From the sequence record LR597658: a stretch of 64,000 nucleotides of DNA; one strand, given 5' to 3'. Origin of the DNA: Escherichia phage VpaE1_ev108. Positions 8,981 to 18,139 of this stretch are shown here, piece by piece. Under the pieces are notes generated by a model, which was not told the DNA's origin, ran no database searches, and was given only the letters and a program-made list of their open reading frames with translations. The position numbers and the translations under genes were made by a program. Positions within the stretch are counted from its first letter, which is position 1, and each line of letters opens with the position of its first letter.

Positions 8981-9361
8981 ATGGCATACCGTGCACCTAA
9001 ATTCATCAACAAAGACAACTTTCGCAACGCACTGGAGAAGTCACTTGATGAAAATTTTAAAGGTAATGTTATTGTTGTTCACTCGTTTAATTTTAAGTAT
9101 GATGTAAACGGGAATAGAATCAACCATTACACGGCAACCATGTTAGATGGTACACTTTCAAGTGAAAAAGCCATTTTACATGCACTTGCAGGACGTGGTA
9201 AAAACCTGATAAGATGCGATAAGAGACGTTATCAGGGTGGCGCATATGGTTATGATGATGCTGTTTATCATCTTGAAAATATGGGCTATTCAGTGGAAAA
9301 AGCTGGAGTGTCTCAAATAATCGGCAGTGACGGCTATGTGACAATTTTCAAAATTAACTGA
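8981..9361 (+). CDS. hypothetical protein
   Basis: ATG at 8981 behind type-B cassette (ORF-track start 8966 is a TTG inside the repeat). Confidence 0.55.
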   Translation: MAYRAPKFINKDNFRNALEKSLDENFKGNVIVVHSFNFKYDVNGNRINHYTATMLDGTLSSEKAILHALAGRGKNLIRCDKRRYQGGAYGYDDAVYHLENMGYSVEKAGVSQIIGSDGYVTIFKIN

Positions 9362-9449
9362 TAAAGTACTTTACAAGGGGCTTATAGTTCGATAAAGTAA
9401 GCCCCAGATAAAGAGCTTTACCACTAAATCCTAAATTGGAGATTCAAAA
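9362..9449 (+). repeat. type-B hairpin-leader cassette (copy 2)
   Basis: near-identical to copies at 10786 and 11915. Confidence 0.7.
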
Positions 9450-9707
9450 ATGGCTATTATCAAAAACGTTGTAATTCCTGCAAAAACTCGTGATGACGCT
9501 CGCATCATGGCGAAAAAGTTAGGCGGGAAAGTGGTTGACAATGGAAAACAATCCGCTGTAAGGTGGAACGTGAAGTCGGATAAGCAATTAACCTTAAAAC
9601 GTAATTCAAACAACCTTTTTAAAGGTGTAAAATCACTCGGTAAAGTGAACGTGTTTACCAAAAAAGGCTATAAAATGCACTTATCATTAACTGGCAATTT
9701 AATCTGA
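9450..9707 (+). CDS. hypothetical basic small protein
   Basis: 85 aa ORF behind type-B cassette. Confidence 0.55.
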   Translation: MAIIKNVVIPAKTRDDARIMAKKLGGKVVDNGKQSAVRWNVKSDKQLTLKRNSNNLFKGVKSLGKVNVFTKKGYKMHLSLTGNLI

Positions 9708-9802
9708 TAAAGTACTTTACAGGGGGCTTAAAAGTTGGTATCTTAAGCCCCAGATAAAGAGCTTTACCACTAAATCAAGTCCTTAAACTAGGAGACTCAA
9801 AA
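9707..9802 (+). repeat. type-B hairpin-leader cassette (copy 3, variant loop)
   Basis: GGGGGCTTAAAAGTTGGTATCTTAAGCCCC hairpin + conserved leader. Confidence 0.7.
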
Positions 9803-10099
9803 ATGAAATTATCAAATAAAGTTAGGGAAAATCTAAGCAAGTTACTCAACAAAATTGATTTTATCGAGACCTCAAGAAATACTCATGAGGTTATGGAATG
9901 GTTACACGGCAAAATAAAAGGCCGTCGTGTAGTGATTTGCTTATGGAATAGTTGCAGGGAGTATAAAAAGCCTGTATTGCAAATTAATGTTTATGATGAT
10001 ACTTGTAAAAGTCCTGTTAAGTCTGAAAGTGATTTACTAGAGTCTTATGAGATAACTTTAAATGGCAAAGTATCACGTAAAGAGGAAGCACCATGTTAA
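9803..10099 (+). CDS. hypothetical protein
   Basis: 98 aa ORF behind type-B cassette. Confidence 0.55.
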   Translation: MKLSNKVRENLSKLLNKIDFIETSRNTHEVMEWLHGKIKGRRVVICLWNSCREYKKPVLQINVYDDTCKSPVKSESDLLESYEITLNGKVSRKEEAPC

Positions 10100-10425
10100 T
10101 GATGGGTATCACTGCAATCATTGCCATTATAGCACTGTACAAGGCTTATAGCGCATATAATTTGGCAAGTAAGGCAATCACGCAACAGGTTAATAATAGC
10201 CTTGTAATGAGCTTTCTGGAGCGTTTAAGTGATGAACAAATAAAACGGTTAGAAATGAGCTTCAGATTTCAATCAAAAACTTATCAAATCAGCGACATTT
10301 TCAAAGATAATTTTCAGCTTGTCGATGATTATAACTCTCTGATAAATGCTTTAAATATCAGTGACTTAAAAGACTATTACACTGTAATTGTCCAAGAACT
10401 GAACAAACGAAAAAATTTCTCTTGA
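10093..10425 (+). CDS. hypothetical membrane protein
   Basis: N-terminal hydrophobic helix MLMMGITAIIAIIALY; overlaps upstream stop. Confidence 0.5.
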   Translation: MLMMGITAIIAIIALYKAYSAYNLASKAITQQVNNSLVMSFLERLSDEQIKRLEMSFRFQSKTYQISDIFKDNFQLVDDYNSLINALNISDLKDYYTVIVQELNKRKNFS

Positions 10426-10450
10426 TTTTAGTTTTAAAAACAAGTAAATT

Positions 10451-10515
10451 ACTAATCAACGGGGAGGGAATGACCTTCCCCACTAAGTAAAGTCCTTAAA
10501 CTAGGAGATTCTAAA
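10451..10515 (+). repeat. type-A hairpin-leader cassette (copy 2)
   Basis: ACTAATCAACGGGGAGGGAATGACCTTCCCC + leader. Confidence 0.7.
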
Positions 10516-10788
10516 ATGTACACTACTAACAACGGTCGCACCTTAAACGTAACCCTACGCCACTATGTAAACGGTGTAATGCACTTCGAGGATTTACAAG
10601 CTGAACAGCACATTTTGGATTGGCAACTTGCAGGATTCCAAAAAACTGCTACCGGATACGGGAAAAAGATTCCAACTAGCTGGAAAGTATACTACGAAGG
10701 CCGTTTGCGTAGAATTTATCAAGATGTATGCGGCAATAGCGCATCAAGTTACATCATAGTAAAAGGCAAAAAGCTGCATTTAGCATAA
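10516..10788 (+). CDS. hypothetical protein
   Basis: 90 aa ORF behind type-A cassette. Confidence 0.55.
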   Translation: MYTTNNGRTLNVTLRHYVNGVMHFEDLQAEQHILDWQLAGFQKTATGYGKKIPTSWKVYYEGRLRRIYQDVCGNSASSYIIVKGKKLHLA

Positions 10789-10873
10789 AGTACTTTACAA
10801 GGGGCTTATAGTTCGATAAAGTAAGCCCCAGATAAAGAGCTTTACCACTAAATCCTAAATTGGAGATTCAAAA
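10786..10873 (+). repeat. type-B hairpin-leader cassette (copy 4)
   Basis: repeat begins at the upstream stop codon. Confidence 0.7.
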
Positions 10874-11278
10874 ATGGCTATTAATAATCGTGAGTTATCT
10901 ATCTTAAAAGCACGTTTGACCGTCAACCGGATTAATGTTATCACATCATCAGCACCAGATGAAACATTGCAAAACATTATTGGGAAGATTCAAAGTATTA
11001 TCTTAGACGTTGAAAGCGTAAAAAACTCATTGGCTGACGTTGCAGCCGGTATCACGCTAGACGGTGCACAACATGAAATGGCCGACATGTTAGGCAAATC
11101 AAAGGTAATGAATAAAGAGCTTGATTTAAAGATGTTCCGATTTGCTGTTAAAGTGTGGCTATCCGTCGAGTATGACGCTAATTTTGCAATCGCTGATTTC
11201 TTTGCCACTTGGTTACAACGTAACTTAACAAATCATGATTTCCGTGATGTCTGTGATGCAATCTACGCAGAACTTTAA
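10874..11278 (+). CDS. hypothetical protein
   Basis: 134 aa ORF behind type-B cassette. Confidence 0.55.
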   Translation: MAINNRELSILKARLTVNRINVITSSAPDETLQNIIGKIQSIILDVESVKNSLADVAAGITLDGAQHEMADMLGKSKVMNKELDLKMFRFAVKVWLSVEYDANFAIADFFATWLQRNLTNHDFRDVCDAIYAEL

Positions 11279-11316
11279 AAAGATGTTGACACTGATTTTT
11301 AGATAGATTAAATTAC
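11275..11316 (+). promoter_or_regulatory. sigma70-like promoter
   Basis: AAAAAGATG-TTGACA - 17 nt - TAAATT. Confidence 0.5.
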
Positions 11317-11378
11317 TCATCAACGGGGAGGCAATAACCTCCCTACTAAATAAAGTCCTTAAACTAGGAGATTCTAAA
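11314..11378 (+). repeat. type-A hairpin-leader cassette (copy 3, compensatory stem variant)
   Basis: GGGGAGGCAATAACCTCCCTAC: stem changed on both strands relative to other copies. Confidence 0.7.
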
Positions 11379-11576
11379 ATGGCTATTATTAACGGCTTAA
11401 CCATTGAAACAACACACATCAAAGATATCAAAGTTGGTGATGTAGTCCTTTCCCACGGCGTAGAAAAAACTGTCACTGCAAAGGATATCAAAGAGGATTC
11501 TTTCATGGGTAGAACTCTCTTCGGTGATTCTTATTGCTTAGGTTATCTTGCAGTTTTAAAAGTTGTCAAAAATTAA
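11379..11576 (+). CDS. hypothetical small protein
   Basis: 65 aa ORF behind type-A cassette. Confidence 0.5.
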   Translation: MAIINGLTIETTHIKDIKVGDVVLSHGVEKTVTAKDIKEDSFMGRTLFGDSYCLGYLAVLKVVKN

Positions 11577-11577
11577 G

Positions 11578-11669
11578 TAATAAAGTACTTTACAAGGGGC
11601 TTAAAAAGTTGGTATCTTAAGCCCCAGATAAAGAGCTTTACGCAGTCCTTAAACTAGGAGATTAAAAAA
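11578..11669 (+). repeat. type-B hairpin-leader cassette (copy 5)
   Basis: GGGGCTTAAAAAGTTGGTATCTTAAGCCCC + leader variant. Confidence 0.7.
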
Positions 11670-11915
11670 ATGATGAACTATTTCAATGTCCCTGATACCT
11701 GCCGACTATTGACACAAGAAGAAAACTTGGGTAAACCTTTTCTTTACCACATGCCAGACAACACCCCAAAAACTTATAGTTACAATGTCAACCGTTTTAC
11801 CGCATACGCTGCAAAGAACGGTTATAAGTTGGTCACTCAAAAAGTAATGCTGGTTACAACCGCTGACGAGATTCCTACAGTTGCAGTTAAACTAATTTTC
11901 TCAAAAAAAAGTTAA
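11670..11915 (+). CDS. hypothetical protein
   Basis: 81 aa ORF behind type-B cassette. Confidence 0.55.
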   Translation: MMNYFNVPDTCRLLTQEENLGKPFLYHMPDNTPKTYSYNVNRFTAYAAKNGYKLVTQKVMLVTTADEIPTVAVKLIFSKKS

Positions 11916-12004
11916 ATAAAGTACTTTACAAGGGGCTTATAGTTCGATAAAGTAAGCCCCAGATAAAGAGCTTTACCACTAAATCCTAAACTGGAGATTC
12001 AAAA
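11915..12004 (+). repeat. type-B hairpin-leader cassette (copy 6)
   Basis: near-identical to copies at 9362 and 10786. Confidence 0.7.
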
Positions 12005-12568
12005 ATGAAATGCTATCACGGAACTACCCTCAAAAACTTTGTAAACCTGCTGAATGGTGGCGACAAGCCGGAAGGAATCTGGAACTGCTCATACATGGAT
12101 GATTGTTTCTACGTTTACCCAATGAACAAGATTATCAAAACGGAATGTCTGGAAGATGAGGAAGATTCTTACATTCGTGAACGCTGCATTCAAAACGCTT
12201 TAGAATCTGGGCTTATTACGGCAGCTTTCCAAATGGAAACGCAGGACGTAATTGTCATTGAGATGGATATCCCAGAGGAAGAGCTAGAGGATGATTATTC
12301 TTGTGACAACATGAGCGATATCGCCAGCTTTACCGGACACTTTGATAAAAATTGGATTATTGGCCTTCACTCGACGAAATTTAGTGCGATGTATGCACCT
12401 TTCTTTGTACCAGATGCAACTAACCGCAATTTAGGCTATGTTGACGATGATTTGTTAAGTATGGCGAAAATTGTACAGAATAGCGGTGATAGTTCCGTGT
12501 TTTGTGACTTGCTGGATAAAATCACGGCAAACATCACAGAGCGCAATTTAAAAGACTTTTTAGGTTAA
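12005..12568 (+). CDS. hypothetical acidic protein
   Basis: 187 aa ORF behind type-B cassette. Confidence 0.55.
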   Translation: MKCYHGTTLKNFVNLLNGGDKPEGIWNCSYMDDCFYVYPMNKIIKTECLEDEEDSYIRERCIQNALESGLITAAFQMETQDVIVIEMDIPEEELEDDYSCDNMSDIASFTGHFDKNWIIGLHSTKFSAMYAPFFVPDATNRNLGYVDDDLLSMAKIVQNSGDSSVFCDLLDKITANITERNLKDFLG

Positions 12569-12631
12569 TCAGTACAAAGACACCAACTTCCAACTTAAGG
12601 CCCATACAGGGCCATTTAAAGGGCTTAAATC

Positions 12632-12865
12632 ATGCTTACAACCATTTATCTTATCCTTTCTATTTGTAATGGTCATTCATGTGATTTTAAAGGGCTTGAG
12701 GAGTTTACAGGGAGTAAAGAAAATGCTATTCAAGTTTGCCAGATAGCAAGACAAGACTATCCCGCCAGTGATGATATTCAATGCTACTTTAAGACAGAAG
12801 ATGAAGACGGCGTCTATTTTGACAGTGTCGATGGTCAATATGAAATTATCATTGAAAAAGACTAG
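12632..12865 (+). CDS. hypothetical small protein
   Basis: 77 aa ORF; preceded by a different hairpin (GGCCCATACAGGGCC). Confidence 0.45.
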   Translation: MLTTIYLILSICNGHSCDFKGLEEFTGSKENAIQVCQIARQDYPASDDIQCYFKTEDEDGVYFDSVDGQYEIIIEKD

Positions 12866-12890
12866 ACAAGCCTGATAAAAGTCTGTAAAT

Positions 12891-12956
12891 TGTCAATCAA
12901 CGGGGAGGGAATGACCTTCCCCACTAAATAAAGTCCTTAAACTAGGAGATTCTAAA
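12891..12956 (+). repeat. type-A hairpin-leader cassette (copy 4)
   Basis: TGTCAATCAACGGGGAGGGAATGACCTTCCCC + leader. Confidence 0.7.
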
Positions 12957-13298
12957 ATGGCTTATGTAACTGTAATTACCGATAAAGAAGATTCATCTTG
13001 GTCAACTCAAGTAAGTGATAAGATGTCACCTATGCAGTGCCTAAAATACTTTGAGCAGTGGAACAAAGGCGAGGATGTCAGCCCCTTTCAAGTGATGCAA
13101 ATTATCCATACAGATAACGAAGGGAACAAAACGACACTTAATAGCGAGTATTACGCAAATCGTTTTGAGAGTCGAGTTGAAACGATGAAGGGGCTGCGTG
13201 AGGCCGGATATGGGCACATTGCCGCCTTGTTATGGGATAGCCTACTAAAAAATCAGCGTATCAGCTATGTAAAACCTGAAAAAATATTCATCAGTTAA
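12957..13298 (+). CDS. hypothetical protein
   Basis: 113 aa ORF behind type-A cassette. Confidence 0.55.
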   Translation: MAYVTVITDKEDSSWSTQVSDKMSPMQCLKYFEQWNKGEDVSPFQVMQIIHTDNEGNKTTLNSEYYANRFESRVETMKGLREAGYGHIAALLWDSLLKNQRISYVKPEKIFIS

Positions 13299-13319
13299 TC
13301 AATAACTTACAAAAAACTT

Positions 13320-13360
13320 TTAAAAAGATGTTGACAATCCCTCTTGACATTGGTAACTTT
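13320..13360 (+). promoter_or_regulatory. sigma70-like promoter (tandem TTGACA boxes)
   Basis: TTAAAAAGATG-TTGACA - 17 nt - TAACTT. Confidence 0.45.
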
Positions 13361-13454
13361 GTTCGAGGGGGGTTTATCTAAAAGGGATTAACTTAAAAGA
13401 TTCTTTATAGATAGACTTAAAAAAATTGCTTGCAATCAGATATCAAAACAAGTA

Positions 13455-13522
13455 AATTACTCATCAACGGGGAGGCAATAACCTCCCTACTAAGTAAAGT
13501 CCTTAAACTAGGAGATTCTAAA
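13455..13522 (+). repeat. type-A hairpin-leader cassette (copy 5)
   Basis: same compensatory stem variant as copy 3. Confidence 0.7.
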
Positions 13523-14053
13523 ATGAACAAGTTCAAAGCTATCAACTATATTCGTTCAAATAATGTAATGTCTAAGCCCGTTAAAGATACCTATGAATTT
13601 CGTTGTAATGGGGTACACTTTGCAACCATTACCAAATCAGAAAACGGGGCTTATTACGTTCATCGTCGTAATGTTGCAACCGTTGTAGTCTCTCACTTTA
13701 TGCAAGCTGTCGCGGAATTATTACCGTTATTCTTAGAGATTTATCTAGATGAGTGTAAAAACGTTCACAATCACGTTAAAAACCTTTTAAATAGTTATAA
13801 AATGGCTTATGAACGTTCTATCAAGTCCTTAAACAAGTTTTACAACGCACCTAAAAATACTGTATCAATAGCCTATGCTGCAAATGGTGAGATGGTAAAC
13901 TTATCCAATGTGGAAGAAATCAAGCTGCATGATTTACGCCCTAGCGGTTACTCTAAGACTCTCGGTGAAGGTTTAACGTTCAATATCAAGAACTTAGAGA
14001 AAACTTTAAAAGATATTGAAAAAGATATTGACGAGACAATCAAAAATCTGTAA
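13523..14053 (+). CDS. hypothetical protein
   Basis: ATG at 13523 behind cassette; ORF-track start 13430 would translate through the repeat. Confidence 0.55.
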   Translation: MNKFKAINYIRSNNVMSKPVKDTYEFRCNGVHFATITKSENGAYYVHRRNVATVVVSHFMQAVAELLPLFLEIYLDECKNVHNHVKNLLNSYKMAYERSIKSLNKFYNAPKNTVSIAYAANGEMVNLSNVEEIKLHDLRPSGYSKTLGEGLTFNIKNLEKTLKDIEKDIDETIKNL

Positions 14054-14114
14054 ATTGTCAATCAACGGGGGATGACCTCCCCCACTAAATAAAATCCTAA
14101 ACTGGAGATTCAAA
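14051..14114 (+). repeat. type-A hairpin-leader cassette (copy 6, variant stem GGGGGA/TCCCCC)
   Basis: CAACGGGGGATGACCTCCCCCAC + leader. Confidence 0.7.
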
Positions 14115-14378
14115 ATGGAACACGTCGAACTGACCACACTTTTACAAATTGCAACCGACAAAGAGGATGTAGCACTATTCCATCGTATCGAGAGTGATTT
14201 GTTCAATGGTGAAATCATTAAAGAGTCTTACGAAGTTGTCGGATTCAAAGACGGTAAAGCGTTCGGATTCTTTGACCTCGACAAAGGCAAAGCGGTTACA
14301 AAATATGATGTTTTATCTTGTGAGATTCTGACAAAATACAACGAAAAAAGACTTGCAACATACGCCAACATGCAGTAA
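14115..14378 (+). CDS. hypothetical protein
   Basis: 87 aa ORF behind type-A cassette. Confidence 0.55.
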   Translation: MEHVELTTLLQIATDKEDVALFHRIESDLFNGEIIKESYEVVGFKDGKAFGFFDLDKGKAVTKYDVLSCEILTKYNEKRLATYANMQ

Positions 14379-14458
14379 ATTACTAATCAACGGGGAGGGA
14401 ATGACCTTCCCCACTAAATAAAGTCCTTAAACTACTTCCTAAACTGGAGATTCTAAAA
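14376..14458 (+). repeat. type-A hairpin-leader cassette (copy 7, leader partly duplicated)
   Basis: leader contains CCTTAAACTACTTCCTAAACTGGAGA duplication. Confidence 0.7.
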
Positions 14459-14707
14459 ATGGCAACTATCCGCGCTACTGTTAACGAGTTCGGTTTTTCC
14501 TCTCTGGATGTTAAATTTGACATTGCAGGCACTGATAACACCTTTGAAATGGTGAAAAGTCTTATCAGTCAGACCATCAAAGATTATAATCCTTCGGATG
14601 AGTTCTGGGAGGAAACAAAACAAGAAGTTCTCAAGGATGGTTATACTTATCACTATTGGGGAGAAAAAATCGTCTCCCTGTACTACAACAAACAAGATTA
14701 TAACTAA
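14459..14707 (+). CDS. hypothetical protein
   Basis: 82 aa ORF behind type-A cassette. Confidence 0.55.
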   Translation: MATIRATVNEFGFSSLDVKFDIAGTDNTFEMVKSLISQTIKDYNPSDEFWEETKQEVLKDGYTYHYWGEKIVSLYYNKQDYN

Positions 14708-14745
14708 TCGACGCAGCGGGGCTAAATAGCCCCAGATACCTCAAC

Positions 14746-14770
14746 AGCCCCTATTTAAAGGGGCTTTTTT
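14746..14770 (+). terminator. intrinsic terminator closing the small-ORF array
   Basis: GCCCCT-atttaa-AGGGGC hairpin followed by TTTTTT; preceded by a type-B-like hairpin GGGGCTAAATAGCCCC. Confidence 0.6.
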
Positions 14771-16341
14771 ACGTCTATCCAATCCTTATACAATCCCTTT
14801 CCAGAATCTTATCAGACCTTAAAAGCAATAACTCTATAGTCTACTCTATAACCTCTTATCAAATCAACTTAAATAAAAGCCAATAACCCCCAGAAAGGGG
14901 ATGGCCCATTTAAACGCTCTATAAAGCTCTATAACAGCCTTATCAACCTAACTTAAGGGATTGCATTAACCAACCTTAAAAAGCTCTTTACAGGGCTTTA
15001 TAGAGACTTAAAAGAATCTTATAAGGGTGTAAGCTTTATTATCTCATTAGTATTCTTGTGAATATCTAAACAACCCCTTGATAGTCACTAAAAAGTATGT
15101 TATAGGGGCTTTAAAGTTACTTTGAAGTAGCTTAAAAGTTACGTAAAAGAGGCTATAAAGTTACGTAAATGCTAGCCCCCTTAACATTTTCTTAACAATT
15201 TCTTAACAAACCCTACATAGTTATGCTTGTTAGCAACTTGTTAGCCCCTTGTTAAATCTCTGTTAATACCACGTAAAAGCTTTGTAAGAGTCTTTGACAT
15301 AGCCTTTAAAGCTTCTGTAAAGCCCTATAAAGAGCTTTCTTCATAGTTGGGGTGTAATTACTAGGAAGAGCCTTAAAAGAGCTTACAAGGAGCTATAGAG
15401 AGCTTTTAAGAGGGCTATTTAAAGAGTCACTAAGAGGGAAAGGGAACGATAAGAAAGAGATAGTGACCATGTTAATAGCTTGTTAAAAAGATTAAACACT
15501 TGTTAGAGACTTGTTAATTATCTTAACAAAATAACTCTTAACATTTAACTACTTAGCTCTTGTTAGTCATCTGTTAAGATTCTGTAAAGACTATTCAGCA
15601 CTTGTTAGAAAACTGTTACAACCTTGTTAGACTTGTTAAGAATCTGTTAAGACCTTTGAAGAGTTGTTAAGAAGATGTGAGAACTGTTAAGAGATTGTTA
15701 AGGATATTTTAAAATTTTGCAAAGGGGATGTTACAGGGATGTTAAGGGCTACCAAGCAGATATACATCTTCTACAGATATTTTTCAGTTCCTTCAAAGAC
15801 CCTAAAAAATGACTTGATAGTCCTATTTTATAAAAATTTTAAGATTCTGAATAATTACCTATACAGCCTTTTAAAAATACAGGTAATAACAGGCTTATAA
15901 GATACCTTGTTAGTACCGTGTTAGACCTTGTGAGATAAGGTCTGTAAAGATATTCCTGTTAAGTTTGTTAAAACAGTCTATATAGAGGCTTAGTAGCACC
16001 TAGTGAACACCTATAGAGAGTAACATAGCTGACATAGAGATTAAGAGGTGTATAGGAGCTTCTAAGAGGATGTAGAGAGATGGTTAAGGTGATTGTATAG
16101 GTTGTTTAGAAGGCTTGTTAGAGGGCTATTTAGAAGGGCTATACAGAGGGCTATTAAGACCACTAGATAGATACTAAGATACTATATAGTACTATATAAC
16201 TATATAGAGAGTAAGATTAAGAAGGTTGTTAAGAAGGATAGATATTTTATTCACATATGATGGTGACCCAGAGGTTGGGACAACCGATAAAATTTTATAA
16301 AAATTAAAAAGCCCCCGATTAAGGAGGCTCTTAAGATATTT
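14771..16341. promoter_or_regulatory. 1.6 kb ORF-free, motif-dense region between convergent gene blocks (candidate origin / regulatory hub)
   Basis: no ORF of 60 aa or more on either strand; more than 20 copies of YTGTTAAG/CTTGTTAG between about 15180 and 16240; tandem ~20 bp units of GCT(A/T)T(A/T)AAAG.. and palindromic CTTWWAAG 8-mers. Confidence 0.5.
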
Positions 16342-16890
16342 TTAAATCAGTGTTTCCAGAACTGTTTTTAGGGATGACTTAGTTGTCTGATAAAAATGAG
16401 TGAATCCATTGTTGTTATCAAATATCTGCATCATGATATCATCTCCCTTGATTGGGTACACTCGGATATCATAGTGAAAACCATTAAAGACACAAGAACC
16501 ACTATAGAATGCACTAAAGTCAGCCACTGAGATATACTCTTCATGACCTGAGATTTTTATACAGACACCCTTACTTGGTCTCTTAGGGTTGATATCTTCC
16601 ATCACAGACATACTCTGTCCACCAAGAGATACCATAGTGACCACTTTACGGTTCTTCTGTTTAAAGTACATCTTAACTTTCTGTAAAGTGTCTTCATAGA
16701 ACGGATAAGACCTTTCTACAAAGATTCCTTCAAGTGGCTCTTTACCATTTTCAACTTCTCGGTTATGCCGTACTGCAAAGATAATTTGTTCGAACCAGTC
16801 AAGATTTTCTTCGGAGAGTGCTTCCCGAACATCCTTCCAGTCAAGTACTAAGTAGTTACCTTCAACTTCTTTTAAGTTATCTTTTTCCAT
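16342..16890 (-). CDS. hypothetical protein
   Basis: start moved to in-frame ATG at 16890, 13 nt below upstream stop; ORF-track start 16965 would overlap by 62 nt. Confidence 0.45.
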   Translation of the reverse strand: MEKDNLKEVEGNYLVLDWKDVREALSEENLDWFEQIIFAVRHNREVENGKEPLEGIFVERSYPFYEDTLQKVKMYFKQKNRKVVTMVSLGGQSMSVMEDINPKRPSKGVCIKISGHEEYISVADFSAFYSGSCVFNGFHYDIRVYPIKGDDIMMQIFDNNNGFTHFYQTTKSSLKTVLETLI

Positions 16891-16903
16891 AGCTATCACA
16901 CCA

Positions 16904-17368
16904 TTATCGTAAAACTTGATATTCTGGTACTGCGAATTTATTACTATTGTTCTTGATGAGGTCATCCTCTGAAACTAAAAATGTAATACCACATAAGTGT
17001 CTGTAACGACTATCATACTCGAATATCTTAAACAGATATTTACCATCATGATAAACCTGTTGCACTTCACCTTCTGCAACAATCTCGCCTGTAATAAAAT
17101 TTTTTAGTTTATACACATTACCAACTTTAGGTACTGTTTTCATCTCAGGCTCTTTTAGTGCTACACCTATTTTTGCATCACCGAGTAAATGAGAACTCTC
17201 AAAAGCTACGTGTTTCATATAAGCTTCTGAGCATTCCCAGATAAAACAATGTACAAGAACCTTAGCAGCATGTCTTGAACAGTTCAACTTATCACAAATT
17301 TCTGTGTACATCTCATCTTTAGTAGAATTGTCAAGCATTGCTCTTTGCACTACTTCTTTAATTTTCAT
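16904..17368 (-). CDS. hypothetical protein
   Basis: 154 aa ORF in co-directional minus block. Confidence 0.5.
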   Translation of the reverse strand: MKIKEVVQRAMLDNSTKDEMYTEICDKLNCSRHAAKVLVHCFIWECSEAYMKHVAFESSHLLGDAKIGVALKEPEMKTVPKVGNVYKLKNFITGEIVAEGEVQQVYHDGKYLFKIFEYDSRYRHLCGITFLVSEDDLIKNNSNKFAVPEYQVLR

Positions 17369-17786
17369 AAGCTCTCCGAATAACCCTATTAAGCATCTCT
17401 AAAGTCAGCTTTCCAGATTCTAAATGCGGCATAACAAGCTTTAAAGCTTTTTCAACATCATGCACAACATCTATTATACCTTCTGCATAGGCTTCCACAA
17501 GGATATCTTTTACGTTTTGTGGATTACCTTTTTGTGGTATCACTAGGCACATATCAAACTCATTTGCTTGGGGATGGTTCTTACCACGCCAGAAACCGTC
17601 CTTATCAAAGCTTATAAAGTTATCCTCATTAAAATTAATACCACAAACCTCAAATTTGTCTAGCACTATGCAATTGAGAGGGTAAAAATCACTCATATCA
17701 CTAATTCCAAGAAACTTAACAGTAGCTATATACCTCTGTGTCTTTGCATCTACAATGTCAAGCTCTTTACCTACATGCTCTTTCAT
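17358..17786 (-). CDS. hypothetical protein
   Basis: 142 aa ORF. Confidence 0.5.
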   Translation of the reverse strand: MKEHVGKELDIVDAKTQRYIATVKFLGISDMSDFYPLNCIVLDKFEVCGINFNEDNFISFDKDGFWRGKNHPQANEFDMCLVIPQKGNPQNVKDILVEAYAEGIIDVVHDVEKALKLVMPHLESGKLTLEMLNRVIRRAYEN

Positions 17787-17838
17787 TTCGCTACCTTCTA
17801 AGTTTCTACAAAGGGGCTATCAAGTAACCCCTAAGTTA

Positions 17839-18063
17839 TTACTCAGACTTTTCAGTCTTCTTATCGGATTTCTTACTAGTCTTCTTCTCAGCTTTCTGTT
17901 CAGACTCCTTCTCAGGAGTTGCCTTGATAACCATATCAAGAAGCTCTGATAAGTCACTCTTCAGCAAAGTAACAGGCTGCTCGTTGTAGAAGTTTTTGTC
18001 AAGATAAACTTTAAACTCTTCTATAGAAGGAAATCCAAAAATTGGTACAGGTGTCTTAATCAT
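17839..18063 (-). CDS. hypothetical small protein with Lys/Glu-rich tail
   Basis: 74 aa ORF. Confidence 0.45.
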   Translation of the reverse strand: MIKTPVPIFGFPSIEEFKVYLDKNFYNEQPVTLLKSDLSELLDMVIKATPEKESEQKAEKKTSKKSDKKTEKSE

Positions 18064-18139
18064 TACTTAGTCTCTCCATAGGCATCTTTTAAGATTGCCT
18101 TGTTAATCATTTCAGCGATTGCAAAACGAACACATACAG

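Noticed and set aside
13430-13522. Upstream start of ORF 13430-14053
   Set aside because: Would translate through the conserved type-A hairpin-leader cassette; the ATG at 13523 sits at the conserved position behind GGAGA.
8441-14458. Possible CRISPR array suggested by the many near-identical repeats
   Set aside because: Repeats are 60-95 bp, irregularly spaced, and each ends in an SD plus ATG of a real ORF; the intervening sequences are protein-coding, not spacers.
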